In this document: one piece after another, positions 39,625 through 53,706 of the stretch
Layout: each line of letters opens with the position of its first letter
Numbering within the stretch: the stretch's first letter is position 1
Source of the DNA: Octopus bimaculoides
Lineage: Eukaryota
Direction: 5' to 3'
Assembly: GCF_001194135.2 (NCBI RefSeq)
Contig: NC_068985.1
Coordinates: 107,850,764 to 107,914,763 of the forward strand
DNA length: 64,000 bases
Translations under genes and position numbers: made by a program
The notes under the pieces: model-generated
Databases searched by the model: none
Seen by the model: only the letters and a program-made list of their open reading frames with translations
What the model was told of the DNA's origin: nothing

Positions 39625-40999
39625 TATGGGTGTAAGTTTTTATATATAGTGACAGGTATGGAGGATATCAACATAGACTCTCTTATATGTTTTGCAGTGG
39701 CATGGGAAAAATCATTGAAGTATAGGTCAAAAAGAGTTGGTCAGAAGAGAGATCCTAATGCTGTTTTTATCAAGAAATTGTAGGCTCTGGAAATAATGTT
39801 CTTATGTTGGCCTTGTGAGTAGTTTGCTAGCCAGCAATTTGTGTTGCTTCTTAAGGTAGTGTCGAGTATTTTTATAAGAGTGGATGACAGAAAATGCTGT
39901 TGTTGGTGTAGGTAAATTGTGTTGTGTAAATACTTTATAGACTTTGTAAGACTCTTATTTCTATAGTTGTTTTGTTTCTATAGTTTGCTTTGTACAGACT
40001 TGTAGATGCTGTTCTCTGGTGAAGTTCATAGCTTCTGAGAGAAATATTTCTGTCAAATGATTGGAATTTTAATTGTGACCTTGTTTAAATTTTTTTCAAG
40101 CTGGTAAGGTAGTATGTGAGGAAGATTTGAAATTTTTTTTACAAGTGAGTGATGGCACATATTTTCTCAGGTAGATATAATAGCTGACTTTGGGGAGGAG
40201 AGAAAGAGAGAGAGAGAGAGAAAGAAAAAGAAAGGCTAGGTACAGTTAATAAATTTGATGGGAAAGAAAGTGAAGATTCTTAAGAAGGCTTTTGATTAGG
40301 GAGTGAGCTTTTGAATGTTGTCTATGATGCCTGAACCATAATCAAGGAAAATTAGGATAAAATTTCATTTCTAAAATATACATTTAAATTATTTGTCCAG
40401 ATCATATTTTAAATTTGAAAATTGTGTATTGATAAAGGACTATACATATTTTGGACAATAATGTATAAATGTTATTCAGAGTGAAACTTTGTCATACGTC
40501 TGTTATGCAGATGAAACAAGATTTGTTTTTATACTTCATATTGCATATAGCAGTTAAATATCGTTTAGGTGTATATTTATCTATCTTGACATAGAGGAGT
40601 CTATGTTAACGACTGAACTTGAAGGAGGAAAAGAAAACTTTTGTGTAAGCATCCTTATTGGTTCACATTGCACTATGGCTCTGCTAGAGCATCACCTTTA
40701 GATGAACAAATTTACCCCAGTACTTAATTTTTTAAGCCTGGTATTCTGTCTGACCACTTGCTTTGGAAGCAAACTTCTTTCTACACAGCAATGCTTGTGC
40801 TTATATTCATAAGATTTTCACACTTCAGACATCTTACAGGATTGAAACAGTTTGAAACATGTGCAAGAATGTTTCTTACTGATCTCTTTAAGTCCTGGAA
40901 CCAAGAAAACAATAACAATGTACATTGTCTGTCGCTGACATGTCAATCAGTTCTTCTCAGGTTGTCGGGTAAATTGACAGTTTTTTATTTTTCTTAAAG

Positions 41000-41051
41000 C
41001 CAGAGGAAGGAGAAGTGTGGTCCTTTGACCTTTGTAGGCCTCTGCTAACTG
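41000..41051 (+). CDS. Candidate coding exon B, PEEGEVWSFDLCRPLLT(G/E)
   Basis: Acceptor ttttttatttttcttaaag|, donor CTG|gtaaga at 41052. 52 nt, phase 0 in and phase 1 out, open in the frame needed to link exon A (or exon 1) to exons C/D. Confidence 0.6.
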
Positions 41052-44004
41052 GTAAGACTGATGTTACTGAAGTTCAGTTTGAATTTGTGTAGGGTATTGT
41101 TATCATAATTTAATGTCTACATTTCCACACTTGCATCAGTCTGATAGAATTCCTGTTGCTGATCCTCACTTGTTTCCAGCCAATGTCAATATTTCCCATG
41201 ACCAGACCTTTTTCAAAGGAGACTGGAAATGGACTGGAAATGAATGCTTGCATGATGGTGATGCTTGTTTATAGTCATCAGGTGATGTCAAGATATGGGT
41301 ACAATGCAAAAAAAAACGTGTGTACACACACACACACACACACACACACAAATGGGCTCCTCAATGTTTCTGTCTATCAAACCCACTGACAAAGGTTCAC
41401 TAGGCCTGTGTCCATGGCACAAAGCACTTACCCAAAAATGAACCTAGGGCTACATGGTTGGGAAGCAAGCTTCTTAACCATACAAACCACCCTTGTGTTT
41501 ACTGCCTAAAAATTGGCAAACTGGGAATTCCAAGATTTTGCAACTCTAAGGAGGATGGATTTGGTAAAGTCTTTAGAGTAGCCTCTGAGAGGTGAGACAT
41601 GGTGGAGATGAAAAGAAGTAGGTGTGTTGAATAGGCGAGGATGGAGATGAAATATGTCTTATTGTTTCAGAGGAACTGAGGCTGTTGTGCATAAGTGAAT
41701 TATGGGCTGTAGTAGTAGTGGTAGGTGTTGCTGTTTACTGCTAAATTAGACTTATAGTCAAAGACATTCCTGTCATGATCATCCTGCTCATTTTTCAAGT
41801 ATAGTTCACTGCTTTCTACTGTAACCAATGTGTCCTACTTATTTGTTGATTTTTTTTTTAAGGTGCTTAGTGATTTGAGGGAGAGTTGGTTACTAGTTCT
41901 AGCAGGGTGAACAACCTTGTTGACATGATGGAGTTGTTGGTTGGTGCCGTGATGGAATGGTAGTTGTTGTTGTTTAGCCTCAGATCATCCTGATTGAGAA
42001 GACTATGGTCATTATAGCTATGAGCAGAACTTAAAAGTTGAAATTTGAAGTTATGGGAGTTTGGAATCAGTAAAAATCTACTTATTCTATATGTAAATTG
42101 TAATAGGTTTTGAGAGATTTTGACACAACTTGTTTTGGTGCTGCCTATTTGGTGTTGATGATTCAACAGCAACTTATTTGACATCAAACATTTTATGTTC
42201 CTCTCATTTTAATGTTTCACTCGTTTTGATCTTCCTCTAGGCCCCCTTCAACCCCTCCTTCTCTCTTTTTATGTATGTAAGCGTATTTCTCTTTATGTGT
42301 TTGAGGAGAGGGTTCACATTGAATTAATAAATTGTAATGTCTCTCTTTCTTGTTCTCTCTGTATGTGTATATTTCTGTGTGTGTGTGTGTGTATGTGTGT
42401 GTGTGCCTCCAGTGCATTGTCACCAAAATTGGCTGAATGTCTGGTCAGCTGCGCCAATTAGTGAAGCAGTGATGACAAAGCTATAGCCTTTTAACACAAA
42501 TGTTAGATTAATGGTGCTAAAAAGTAGCCTGTTGCTAATTCACATTAGCTATGTATGATGTGTACTTTCAATTACTACAAGAAATATATGATTAGTCTAA
42601 TTACAAATCGGAGTTAGGGTTGGTGGCACCATAAAATAATAAATTGAAGCTTTTGTGCATTATGTTCCATAGCTATGCCCATCCTGTCTTCTATTTTATC
42701 TATTTATTTTTAGAAGCTAGCAGGGTGAAATTTGAAGGAAATTTAGCTACTATTTCTAGTGTTCTTGGTATATAGAGACATTCTCTTTGGATCATGGTGA
42801 CAGCTGTAGAGACTGTATTGTAGTATTGGTATACTGTGTGGTTATGTTTGGTGTGTGTGTGTGTGTTATGGGACATGAGGATTAAGATGTTGCTCAACAG
42901 GAAAATTTGTATGGTGGAGTTGTCTGCTGGCTTGGAGAGGGGACAGGGAATGAATCCTTTCACTTACATCAATGTATTTTGCTTTGTTTTGATTTGTTCA
43001 ATAACTGTTTACTCAAACCTGCTCCCTGCCTTCTCCCTAGTTATTTATGTTTAATGGTATCTCATGACAAGTTGTTGAAATGATGAGTCTACATTTCTCT
43101 TTCCCTTTCTCCCTTCCTCCCTCTCTTTCTCTCCCCACCTCCCTGGGGCACTTCTTGAATATCAGTGTGGTTATTGGTGGTGGTGGTGGTGGTGCGGCTA
43201 GTGAAAGTTGGCTTTTAAGCACTTGGTCAGATCTCCTTATTAAAGCCATTTCACTTTTCTTTTTGCTGGTCATGCCACTGAGAAAGAGCATGAATGTCAC
43301 AAGATCCTATTTCTTCCTTCTCTCAAATGTGGGGTCCTGTTTTGCAGGAAACTACTCTGTGTGTGTGTGTGCTTGTGTACATAGTGGGTGAGGGCCATAA
43401 TATGTGACTTGATCTTGGTATGAGTCAATTTGGTGTGGCAGCATCTAATTTAGATTAATTTGCTGTCACCAGCATGAAATTAATCTGCAGAAACATGACT
43501 GTAGCATGATTTTACCCATCTATGTAACATCTGTCCATTTATACCTAATGAAAAGAACACCATTTTCTTAAATTTTACCATTTGCTTACAAGTGCCTGCA
43601 GTGCTGTTTCAATGACCACTTGAAGCCATATAACTCTACTTATTTCTCTGTGTGGATGTATATTGAATGTTTACAATATAAATATCTGAGAAACTTAGTG
43701 TTTCATTAAAATCATAATATTTAGTTTAGAAGCTAGACGTTTTTAGAAGCCACCTGCTGAGAAAACTGTAACTTTAGTAACATGGATACCGGATTGTGTT
43801 TTTGTTCTTTACATGCTAAAAAAAAAAAAAAAAATTGAGCTGATAGCTAGCAAATAGTCTGATTTTTGCTGCATAGTTAGATATATCTGAAGAATATTTG
43901 TTTATGTATGTTACCACTCTTGTTATATTTCTCTTGAAATACACTGCAGTTGTTTTAATGAATTTCATAGATAATGCAGAATTTAGAATTACTCTCATTA
44001 TTAA

Positions 44005-44310
44005 GGTGGCAAGCTGGCTGGACAGCAAGCTGGCTGGGCAGCAAGCTGGCTGGACAGCAAGCTGGCTGGACAGCAAGCTGGCTGGACAGCAAGCTGGCTG
44101 GGCGGCAAGCTGGTAGAATCATTAGTGTTGGACATAATGCCTTTTGGTATTGCTTCTAACTTTTTACTTTCTGAATTCAATTCCTGCTAGAGTCAACTTT
44201 GCCTTTCATCCCCCTGGGGTTGATGGAATAGAGTGCCAGTCACTGCTGGTGTTGGTTATATTAACTCATCTTCTCCCCTCAGAATTGCTTGCATTTGGAA
44301 CAAGTTAACA
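44005..44310 (+). mobile_element. Old S3 SINE whose 5' end is amplified as six 16-nt tandem units
   Basis: gcaagctggctgg(a/g)c(a/g) x6 at 44009-44104, then gcaagctggtagaatcattag and the S3 core ctttgcctttcatcc. Confidence 0.8.
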
Positions 44311-44598
44311 TGATGATATTTTGACGGAGGGCTTTTAAAGATCACTTTAAAACAAAATTTATGCTGGTGCCACATTAAAAGCACCCAGTACACTCTATGG
44401 AGTGGTTGGTGTTAGGAAGGGCATCCAGCCAGAGAAGCCAAGTCAGAATAGACAATGGAGCCTGGTGTGATCTCTGGTCTTACCAGCTCCTGTCAAACTG
44501 TCCATCCCATGCCAATATGGAAAACGGACGTTAAATGATGATGATATTATAGAATCAAGGTCACTTCAAGACATGGTTGGTATTCGCCTTCTAGCATT

Positions 44599-44916
44599 TG
44601 TGCTGGTGGCACGTTAGAAAATCATTCGAGCGAGGTCATTGCCAGTGCTGCTGGACTGGCTCCCGTGCAGGTGGCACATAAAAAACACCTTTTTGAGCGT
44701 GGCTGTTGCCAGTACCACCTGACTGGCCCTCGTGCCGGTGGCACGTAAAAGCACCCACTACACTCTCGGAGTGGTTGGCGTTAGGAAGGGCATCCAGCTG
44801 TAGAAACTCTGCCAGATCAGATTGGAGCCTGGTGCAGCCTTCTGGCTTGCCAGTCATCAGTCAAATCATCCAACCCATGCTGGCTGGAAAGCAGACATTA
44901 AACGATGATGATGATG
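44599..44916 (+). mobile_element. S4 element within a cluster of S4 tail fragments (about 44360-45040)
   Basis: ttggcgttaggaagggcatccagctgtagaaactctgcc...ttaaacgatgatgatg. Confidence 0.85.
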
Positions 44917-45979
44917 AATATTTAAATATCATGCCAAAACAGACAATGGAGCTTGGTGCAGCCCTCTGGCTTACCGGCTTCTGCCAAACTGTTCAACAAC
45001 CCCTGCTTGTATAGAAAATGCATGTTAAATGATGATGATGAATCCCTTGTAATCCCAGGTAATTTTGTTATGCTTTTATATCACTAATACCTTCGATAAG
45101 AAAATGAACTTCACAACTTCCCATTAATATATGGAGCCTTTGTGCCAAATAGTGTTGTGGACATAAAATTAGAAGTGCATGAGGAATGGGTTTAATGTGT
45201 GAAGAGTGTCTTGCTTGGAATAATTTAATCTCCCTTTGCACACGATATAACAACAACTGGGTCTGATAAAGTCTCATACTTGAGAGAGTGACTCATATTA
45301 CGTCTATCCAATGTTGTTTAATACAGTCAAAATATATATAAAAAAAATTTTGCATCTGGATTTTACATTAAATTCTTTCATCTTTAATTGCCCAAATTTC
45401 ATGTTTGTTGTGTATTTTATTTTATTGTATTTTATTTTTTTTTGTTAATTTATTCTGCTGTGTGGTCTTATTTGATAGATGGTCTTCACTTGCAGTGCTG
45501 GCAGGAAATCTGCTGTCTGCCATTTCTCTTTGCGGCCAACTTTTACATCTGTCTGTATGCAAGCACGCATCCATACACTGCTTAATTTTGGACTCAGAGC
45601 TGAGGTTTATAATTGTGAAGTTGTGGTGTTCATCTCGTTTTAGTAAAAGCAAGCTGAACTGGAAAAGGAAAATTCTATTGTTAGTATTTCATAAAGCTTA
45701 CCAAAATTAGATGTTTGTTAAATACCATAAAGGCTGTTAGCATATTGGACGAAATGCAAAGCAACATTTCTTCTAGCTTTAATGTTCTGAGTTCAAATTC
45801 CTCCAAGCTCAAGATTACCTTTCATTCTTTCAGGGTTGATAAAATAACTTCCAGTATTGTAATGGGATTGATGTAATTGACTACCTGCTTCCACAAAATT
45901 TCAGGCCCAGGCCCTGTACCTATTGTTGAAAGAATTGTTAGGTACCATATTTGATGGCATATAAGCTGCACTGATTCAC

Positions 45980-46022
<43 letters not shown>

Positions 46023-48055
46023 CAAAAAAATCACCCTGGGTCCTATATGTGAAGCTGGGCATCCTATAATCTTTAATTTACTAATGTTTTCTTTCTAAAT
46101 TTGTGCTGTTGAAATTATAGTGTGTCTAATACACCTGTTCATCTTTTATGCCATCAAATGCGTTATTTGCCACATGCAAATTTACAATGTTCATTACTAC
46201 TGCTGGCACTGCTGCTGATGAGGCTAATGAGGCTAATATTTGTTTCTAATTTAGGCCCAAGGCCAACAATTTTAGGGGAAGTAAGTCAAATCAACACCAG
46301 GACTTGACTTATTTAATTTGACCCCCATATTTAACTGGTACTTTATTTAGGAGGATGAAAAGTAAAGTTGATTTTGGTAGGATTTAAACTTGGAATGGAA
46401 AGAACTATCTATTAATCTAGGTTTTTTTTAAGAGGATCAGTTGGATAAGTTTTAATCCAGTATTATGACTTCATTAGTGAATTCTGATATCTTTTTCTAA
46501 CATTGACACAAAATTTAGTCATCATTTGCAATTATGAGCTTGTATCATGTTTTTTTGGTGTCAATGGTTGTGAGCAGACATAGACACACTTATTTCCTAG
46601 AATCGTTTCTATGGCTAAATGCCCTTCCCCACACCAACTACTTTACAACATGTACTGGGAGATTTTTTTCGTGGCACCAACACTACTAAAGTTGCTTTGC
46701 AATTTACAAGACTTAAGGCCCAAAAGAGTCCCTATAACTAAGGGGGAATAGATGAGGTGGTGTAATGATTCTCAGTAGGGTGACAAGAGAGTGTATAGTA
46801 TAAAGAGAGGAACAAGTTGATAGTTGTGAGAGGGTAATAGTGAAAAGGGTAACATCATAATGCCATGGATTCAATTCCTGGACCAGGCTGCATGTTGTCT
46901 CCTTAAGTCACTCCATTTCATGTTCCCCCCAATCCACTTAGCTCAGTCACTTTGCCTCATCACAATGTTTCCTATAATTCAAAAATTGCATGCTACCAAC
47001 TTATTGGTGTATTTCTTCATTAACAACCAAACATTTTCAAAATATTTCACTCTGCAGCCTGTCTTCAGTGTTTAGAGTTTCTAAACTGTTTTAAACTAAA
47101 ACGTAGTAGTTTATCATGTATTTTAGGCAATATTTAAGCTGTTGTTTATGATGATGTTGATAATGATAATGATGTCTGCACTTTTCTGTGTGTATTTTTA
47201 TCAATGTTTAGTATATTACTGGATGTTTTGGCCTTGGTTCTGTCTTATTTTGGTGTCTGAAATATTTTATCTGATCGTCTTTTATGACTGATATCGCTGC
47301 TGTATTTACAGCTAATGTCTAAATGATGTGCCTGTCTTCAAAGTCACTGCTAAATTGTTTTAGCTCGTTTAAAATGTATTTTTAGCTATCCTTGTTACCA
47401 AATTAAATACTTCATTATTAAATATTTAAATGTAGACAGTTTGTGCTATGTTATTTCCCTGCTTTACATTTACTCATCTTCTCCCATCTTTATCAGTCAC
47501 CTCTTCCCCCCCCCCACTCTTTCTTTTCTCCTCTGCTGTTTGTCTTCTATAAAATCTATTTCCTCACTGTTTCCCTCACACAGATGTCTCTATTTTGAGT
47601 CACATTCAACTGATAGCTGACATAGGATTCTTTGTCTTCTTACCTGCCAGTCTGTCTGTGTCTCCCCTCTGGTCTCAATGGGTATCAGTTTGTTACATAC
47701 CTTAATAGACTTTAAAAATATTGGATGTGTTCATATAGTTAAGATGTTTATAAATACAAAGCTAACTGACCACTAGTTTGAGTGAATGACTATGACAATA
47801 TAGAACACTAAAATCTAAATCTATCTACATAGCTTCTTATTTGTATGGGGTTAAGGGATCAGCCTTTAACTGCATTTGGTTTAATATTATTCTAGGAGAT
47901 TATAAATTACCTTAACAAAAATATAGACCTGGAATGGTGTGGAGGACTGGAATTGTAGTTGTAACTATTACAAGTTTGCTATAGGTACATCACCTTTAGA
48001 TGTTTTGTGTGTGGCATATTGTCACAGCCATTTACCAACTGGTTAACCATGTAAG

Positions 48056-48442
48056 GTGGAGGCGCAATGGCCCAGTGGTTAGGGCAGCAGACTCGCAGTC
48101 GTAGGATTGCGGTTTTGATTCCCAGACTGGGCGTTGTGAGTGTTTATTGAGCGAAAACATCTAAAGCTCCACGATGCTCCGGCAGGGGATGGTGGCGAAC
48201 CCCGCTGTACTCTTCCACTACAACTTTCTCTCACTCTTACTTCCTGTTTCTGTTGTGCTTGTAATTCAAAGGGTCAGCCTTGTCACACTGTGTCACGCTG
48301 AATATCCTTGAAAACTACGTTAAGGGTACACATGTCTGTAGAGTGCTCAGCCACTTGCACGTTAATTTCACGAGCAGGCTGTTCCGTTGATTGGATCAAC
48401 TGGAACCCTCGTCGTTGTTAGCGACGGAGTGCCAACAACTAC
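48056..48442 (+). mobile_element. tRNA-head SINE with (CAA)n tail (family S2), 11-bp TSD
   Basis: Head ggcgcaatggcccagtggttagggcagcagactcgc..ggttttgattccc, tail cgacggagtgccaacaac. TSD aaccatgtaag at 48045-48055 and 48443-48453. Confidence 0.92.
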
Positions 48443-48489
48443 AACCATGTAAGACATTGTAACTAAATGAACTTCTTTTTCTCCTTTAG

Positions 48490-48516
48490 GACCTGTAGAT
48501 CCAGTACGAGTTTGTG
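48490..48516 (+). CDS. Candidate 27-nt symmetric (phase 1-1) microexon C, (G)PVDPVRVC
   Basis: Acceptor aactaaatgaacttctttttctcctttag| with a branchpoint-like actaaat. Donor GTG|gtttgt is non-consensus, and other donors are possible (e.g. AG|gttgat at 48536). The 27-nt version preserves frame between exons B and D. Confidence 0.45.
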
Positions 48517-49927
48517 GTTTGTCCTGGTGTGACAGGTTGATGGTTTTTTTTTTCTTCTTTTATCTATCAGTTACCAAAATATGTAGCTGATAGATAATCC
48601 AGGTTTACATAAGAATCTTGTTCACTGATATTGTCTTTAGGAACAGATGGTAGTATGTTAAGTGCAGATATGGCTGTGTAGTGAAAAAGCTATTTCCCAA
48701 CTACATGATTTCAGGTTCAGTCTCAATCTCACTACATGGGATATTGGGCAAGTGTCTTATTTAGCCCTGGGCTGACCAAAACCTTGTGAGTAAATATGAT
48801 GGACAGAAATGAAAGAAGCTCATTCTCTGTGTGTTTATATTTGTGCTATGTAACTGTGGCTATGAATGATGATGAGGTCACTTCTGTCATCAACAACTAT
48901 GCTCACTTTGTGCCTTCAAAGATGTATGGAATAAGATACCTTTTACATGGAAGACAGGTGAGGGTTGTGACAAGAGGAGCATCTGGTTGTAAAATGATGT
49001 TTCAACAATATAATCATCATTTAACATCCACTTTTCTATGCTTGCATGATTCACTTTGAGTTGGATTTTCTATGGCTGGATGTCAAAGCTCATCTGTTTC
49101 CAAGCAAAGTAATATTTCCCCATGAACAGATATGTTCTCATAACATATTGGAAACTGATGACACTGCTTGTATGACAGTGATGTTCATCTACAACTATGT
49201 GATGTCAGTAGGAGACACAAACACACACACATACACACATGATGGGTGTCTTTCAGTCATCTGCCATGTCCACCCATAAGGCTCTGGTCAATCTGGGGCC
49301 ACAGTAGCAGATATCTGCCTACAGTACTGTACAGCATGACTGAACCTAAAACCATTTCGTTGCGAAACAAGCTTCTTTACCTCACGGCCATCCCTGTGCC
49401 TATATGTATGTAATTTTCTACCATTTCCTTTGAATAATGTTATAAAAACAGAGGAATCTTCAGCTAGCAATGGATTGAGGCCCCAGCTTCAAATAAACGA
49501 ACCCTACATGTATTGAGTACTTGTTCTTTCCTCTTTGTACTTCCAAATACTTGTGGAAATAGTGATTGATTGTTATAAATATGTAAGTGGTTAGTAATGT
49601 TGGTCAGTATGCTAGGCTAATCTTATTTACCTGTTGCTTCTCTCTATCTTTAGTTCTCCTTCTTTACCTCTTCGTCTTTCCATCTACCCCCTTCCTCTCT
49701 GTCACATTACCACCAGCTGGCGAGATAGAGAAAGGAACACAACAAAGAAATATTTCTTTAGATAAACTCTATAGGTAGGTGTATACAGCAATAACAATCG
49801 CCATATGAACCAAAACTGAGAGAGAATCTCAAGTGGCAGCTAGGCAGGTCTTCATAGTAATTATTTACTCACCATTGCTATTTTTTTTTTACTGATGAGC
49901 CATCACCAAAACACACACATACACATA

Positions 49928-49929
<2 letters not shown>

Positions 49930-49966
<37 letters not shown>

Positions 49967-50051
49967 TTTCTCTCTCTCTCTCTCTTCCTTTCTCTCTCTC
50001 TTCCTTTCTCTCTCTCTTCCTTTCTCTCTCTCTTCCTTTCTCTCTCTCTCT
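49930..50051 (+). repeat. Pure polypyrimidine tract (CT)n with CTTCCTTT interruptions
   Basis: About 120 nt containing only C and T. Confidence 0.95.
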
Positions 50052-52171
50052 AAGGGTGGAAGGGAGATGGAGATTAATCTCTTTCACTCTAGTCTCCTGT
50101 TTCTAGTTGAAGTGAGCAATTACATTTCTAACCTAATGATATTTCTCAGCTGGGTGGTGGTGGTGGTGGGGGGGGGGTTAGAGAGAGGTTAGTTGTGTTT
50201 TTAATGAATGGCACAGGCTACTGCTGCTAAGTCATGCAACTTGTTGTTTCACAGCACACACACACACACACACAACATAGATGATGATGATGATGATGAT
50301 GATGATGATACATGGTAAAAGAAGTAAAAAAGGTTAGTTGATTGTAAATCTGTAATGATAGTGTGTTGCTGAATAAATGAGACCAATTGCCTGAATTCTT
50401 CAACCTCTACTAAACTGTATTGCGCAGCATTTAAATCTATATTGGTGCTTGGTCTTTCTTGATTGAGGAAGTTATATTTAATAGTTTCATGATCACTGCT
50501 ATTTGCAACAGCCATTAAACACCTGAACTACAACTATAGCCATGTCTTTTGTTTTTCATTTTTATTTTCTCTTTACTCTTTTTCCTTTTTACGAATTGTG
50601 GTTTCTGAGTGCACAGCTTTTGACCTTACTCTTAATTCTACATTGCTTCAGCTAGGTTTGAGATGTTTTGGGTATGATGCTTTTAGCATGGCTTGTTTCA
50701 GCACCAACTATTTGGTGTAGCTGACTCAATGCTTATTTGATAGACACTTTAATTTCTCTAGTTATCTCCCTCCCTTCTCTTTTCCCTCCCCCTGTTCCCT
50801 CTTTCTTTGTTTATGTGTGAGAACATATTTCCCTTTGTGCTTGAAGACCCGGAAAAGTATTTGTCAATCATGCTGAATTAATAAATTGTATTGTCTCTCT
50901 CTCTCTCTCTCTCCCTCTGTGCGTGCATGCATGCTTGTTTGCCTCCAGTGCTAAAAAGTTTTGTTGGCAAAACAAGCTGAATGTCCAGTTAGTTATGCCC
51001 TATTGTCAGCATCCAGATAGCTATTTTCAATCATCTCATTCCAACCTGAATTCACTTTGCTGATGGTTTGAATATACACCAGGTCATTTGGTTGTGTTAA
51101 CATTGATAAACTGACTTCTTAATCCAAGAGAGAATTTCTCTTATGTAATATTTTGACAATTGTAGTCAAGTACTTTCTATCCTGGGGCCAAGCTGTTTAA
51201 TTTCTTTCTTCTCTTTATTTTGTATCTCAGTAAACTTATTCCTGCTTGCCCTTCCTTGGTTCTTCAATCACTAATAGGTACTAACTTATATTCTCTTATA
51301 GTTACCATCAATAACCAAAGTGAGATTGTCTTTCACTTAATTGATTCTTAAGAAAACTGACTTCCCTGGGCTCCAATTGAAAGCATTAGCTTAATTCTAT
51401 TCACACTCATAGTTCCATAGATAGCAGTTTCGATCTCTAGTACTATGAGTAAAGCAATGTGATGTTAGAAACCTGTTTACCATTTTGTTTACATTTGCAT
51501 TGGTTTTTCTTCCTTCAGTTCTCTGTTTGAGTCTCACTTGTGTCAATTTTATCTTTTTATCTGTTAAGCATCTCAATAAGAACCTAATATGTTGGTGTTC
51601 AATCAATTGATTTTGTTTCTCTTCTGTGAAAATTGTTGCAAATTGCCCAAATCTCAGAAAACATTTGTTGTTATTGTTTGGATTACTGCCCCCCCCCCCG
51701 CCATCTATTTTAGTGCTTTGGGGAAGCGGGGAGAGGGTTTGGATGGCTGATGATGGAACAGTTATTTTTATTGTTGAGAATTAATATACATTAAATTAAC
51801 ATACAACCTGTTGTCTGCCTTTCAGGCTGTGACAAGCACAATTTCACACTTTTTGAAATTCTTTTCATCCAGATTATTCCGTCAATTGTAATGCTTCTTT
51901 ATTCACATTGCTTTCAATTAATAATCATGCATTGTCCCATAACTTTGAGATTTCGATGATGTGTTTGTTTATTATCTTTAGGATACCATTGTTGGGTAGT
52001 TGTGAGAAGCCAGATCTGGCCAGTTTGACCATAAAATAAGTAGAATATTTGGACCAGCTTAAATGCTAAAGGATTGTAGTAATAGAGTTGACCAAGTGCT
52101 CAAATCTTGACCACTTGATCAGCTGCCTAAGTTATAGTTTGTTGTCTCATGACCTGCTGGATATATAATCT

Positions 52172-52575
52172 TTTATCTTTTACTTATTTCAGTCATTATT
52201 TTGCGGCCATGCAGGGGCACTACCTTGAAGAACTTTTAGCTGAATGTATCGACCTTGGTACTTACTTTTTAATAGCTTGGTACTTATTCTATCAGTCTCT
52301 TTTGCTGAACTGCTAAGTTATAGGGACATAAACACACCAACACTGGTTGTGAAGCAGTGGTGGTGGGAGAAACACAGGCACAAAGATACATACATAGATA
52401 TATGTATACATACATAAATACATACAATGGGCTTCTTTCAATTTCCGTCTACCAAATCCATTCACAAGGCTTGGGTCAAGCTGAAGCTATAGAAGACACT
52501 TGCTCAAGGTGCCCTGCAGTGGGACTGAACCCCAAACCATGTGGTTGGGAAGCAAGCTTCTTACACAGCCACACC
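52172..52575 (-). mobile_element. S1a SINE
   Basis: Reverse-complement match to the S1a head, core and tail. Confidence 0.85.
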
Positions 52576-52927
52576 AAGTTAAAATTCCCTCGTTGTACCC
52601 CACCGTATTTTAAAAAAGGAAAATCCATTCCATTCAGCTGTTGTCAATCCACAGCTGGAGGAACACCTCAGCATGCCATTGCTGGCTTATTTCTGCTTGT
52701 TGTAGTCTTACCTTACTTTGCTGTCTTGCTGTGGGTTGCGATAGGGTGCTCTTTTTGGTCAAGTAGTTAACGCTGGCGATTGACACTTATTTGATAGGAT
52801 AGGTCTAGGTGTATTTTTCTTTTACTCGTTTCAGCCCTGGGACTGTGGCCCTATTAGGGCACTGGTAATCAAATGCTCAATCAATTTACATCAGCCTGCC
52901 CTACTTATTATGTTGACTAGTTCTTAA

Positions 52928-53126
52928 CCTCTTTGTTACCAAATTTCTGTTGAAATACACTGCTTTTGTTTCAATGAATTTTGCCAAGTTACAAAGAATT
53001 TTGACAATAAGTTTGTCATTGTTAAGCTGGTATTTGGAACATGACATGAAATTTTGATGGAAGGTTTTAATTTAAATTTCATCAAAACAAGTTTATATCA
53101 TAAGACCAAGGTTGGTATCAAAAGGG
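52928..53126 (-). mobile_element. P1 MITE
   Basis: ttaa|cctctttgttacc ... ggtatcaaaaggg|ttaa. Confidence 0.8.
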
Positions 53127-53706
53127 TTAAATTTCATTGTTTACAGACTCTCGTGTGTGGGGGTGAGATTTGAAATCAGTTTATAAAGGAATGTAACCAA
53201 AATACCACAAAATGTTTTGTTTAAAGTTCTATTGATTCTGCCAAAATGATTGGATGGTCAAGTTTACATATTGAGGCATCTGACACCTCACTTACAATAT
53301 TTTCACATTCCAGCCATAGTTACATTTTAATGGAATTGCTGAAGAGGAATTAATGTTATTGCCAGGAATGTAGTGCAGGAGAATTTGTAGATTGTGACAT
53401 TGATATTACTACTGCTAACTGATATTACTACAACTATTTGTTGTTATTATAATAATAATAATAATAATAATAATGATGATAATAATAATCTGTTTGTTTT
53501 ATTTACCACCGGAGCCTGTTCATTTAATATGTTGCAATGGAGTTGGAAGGCATGCGAGGATAGTTACATTTTTTTCTTTTAGAGTGAGGGGTGAAACAAA
53601 AATATTGCACATTATATCAAAATTGACATATCGTGTAATATATGATACAATATATTAGAAATTGTGAAATAAACACAAACAAATGAATTTATGCAAATAA
53701 ATACAC

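Noticed and set aside
48056-48130. tRNA-like sequences at SINE heads (also 1231, 15312 and others)
   Set aside because: They continue into SINE bodies and tails with TSDs and lack a complete cloverleaf and acceptor stem, so they are not tRNA genes.
51826-51900. Possible exon after ttgtctgcctttcag|
   Set aside because: It runs into a P2 MITE, has no convincing donor and is not needed for frame.
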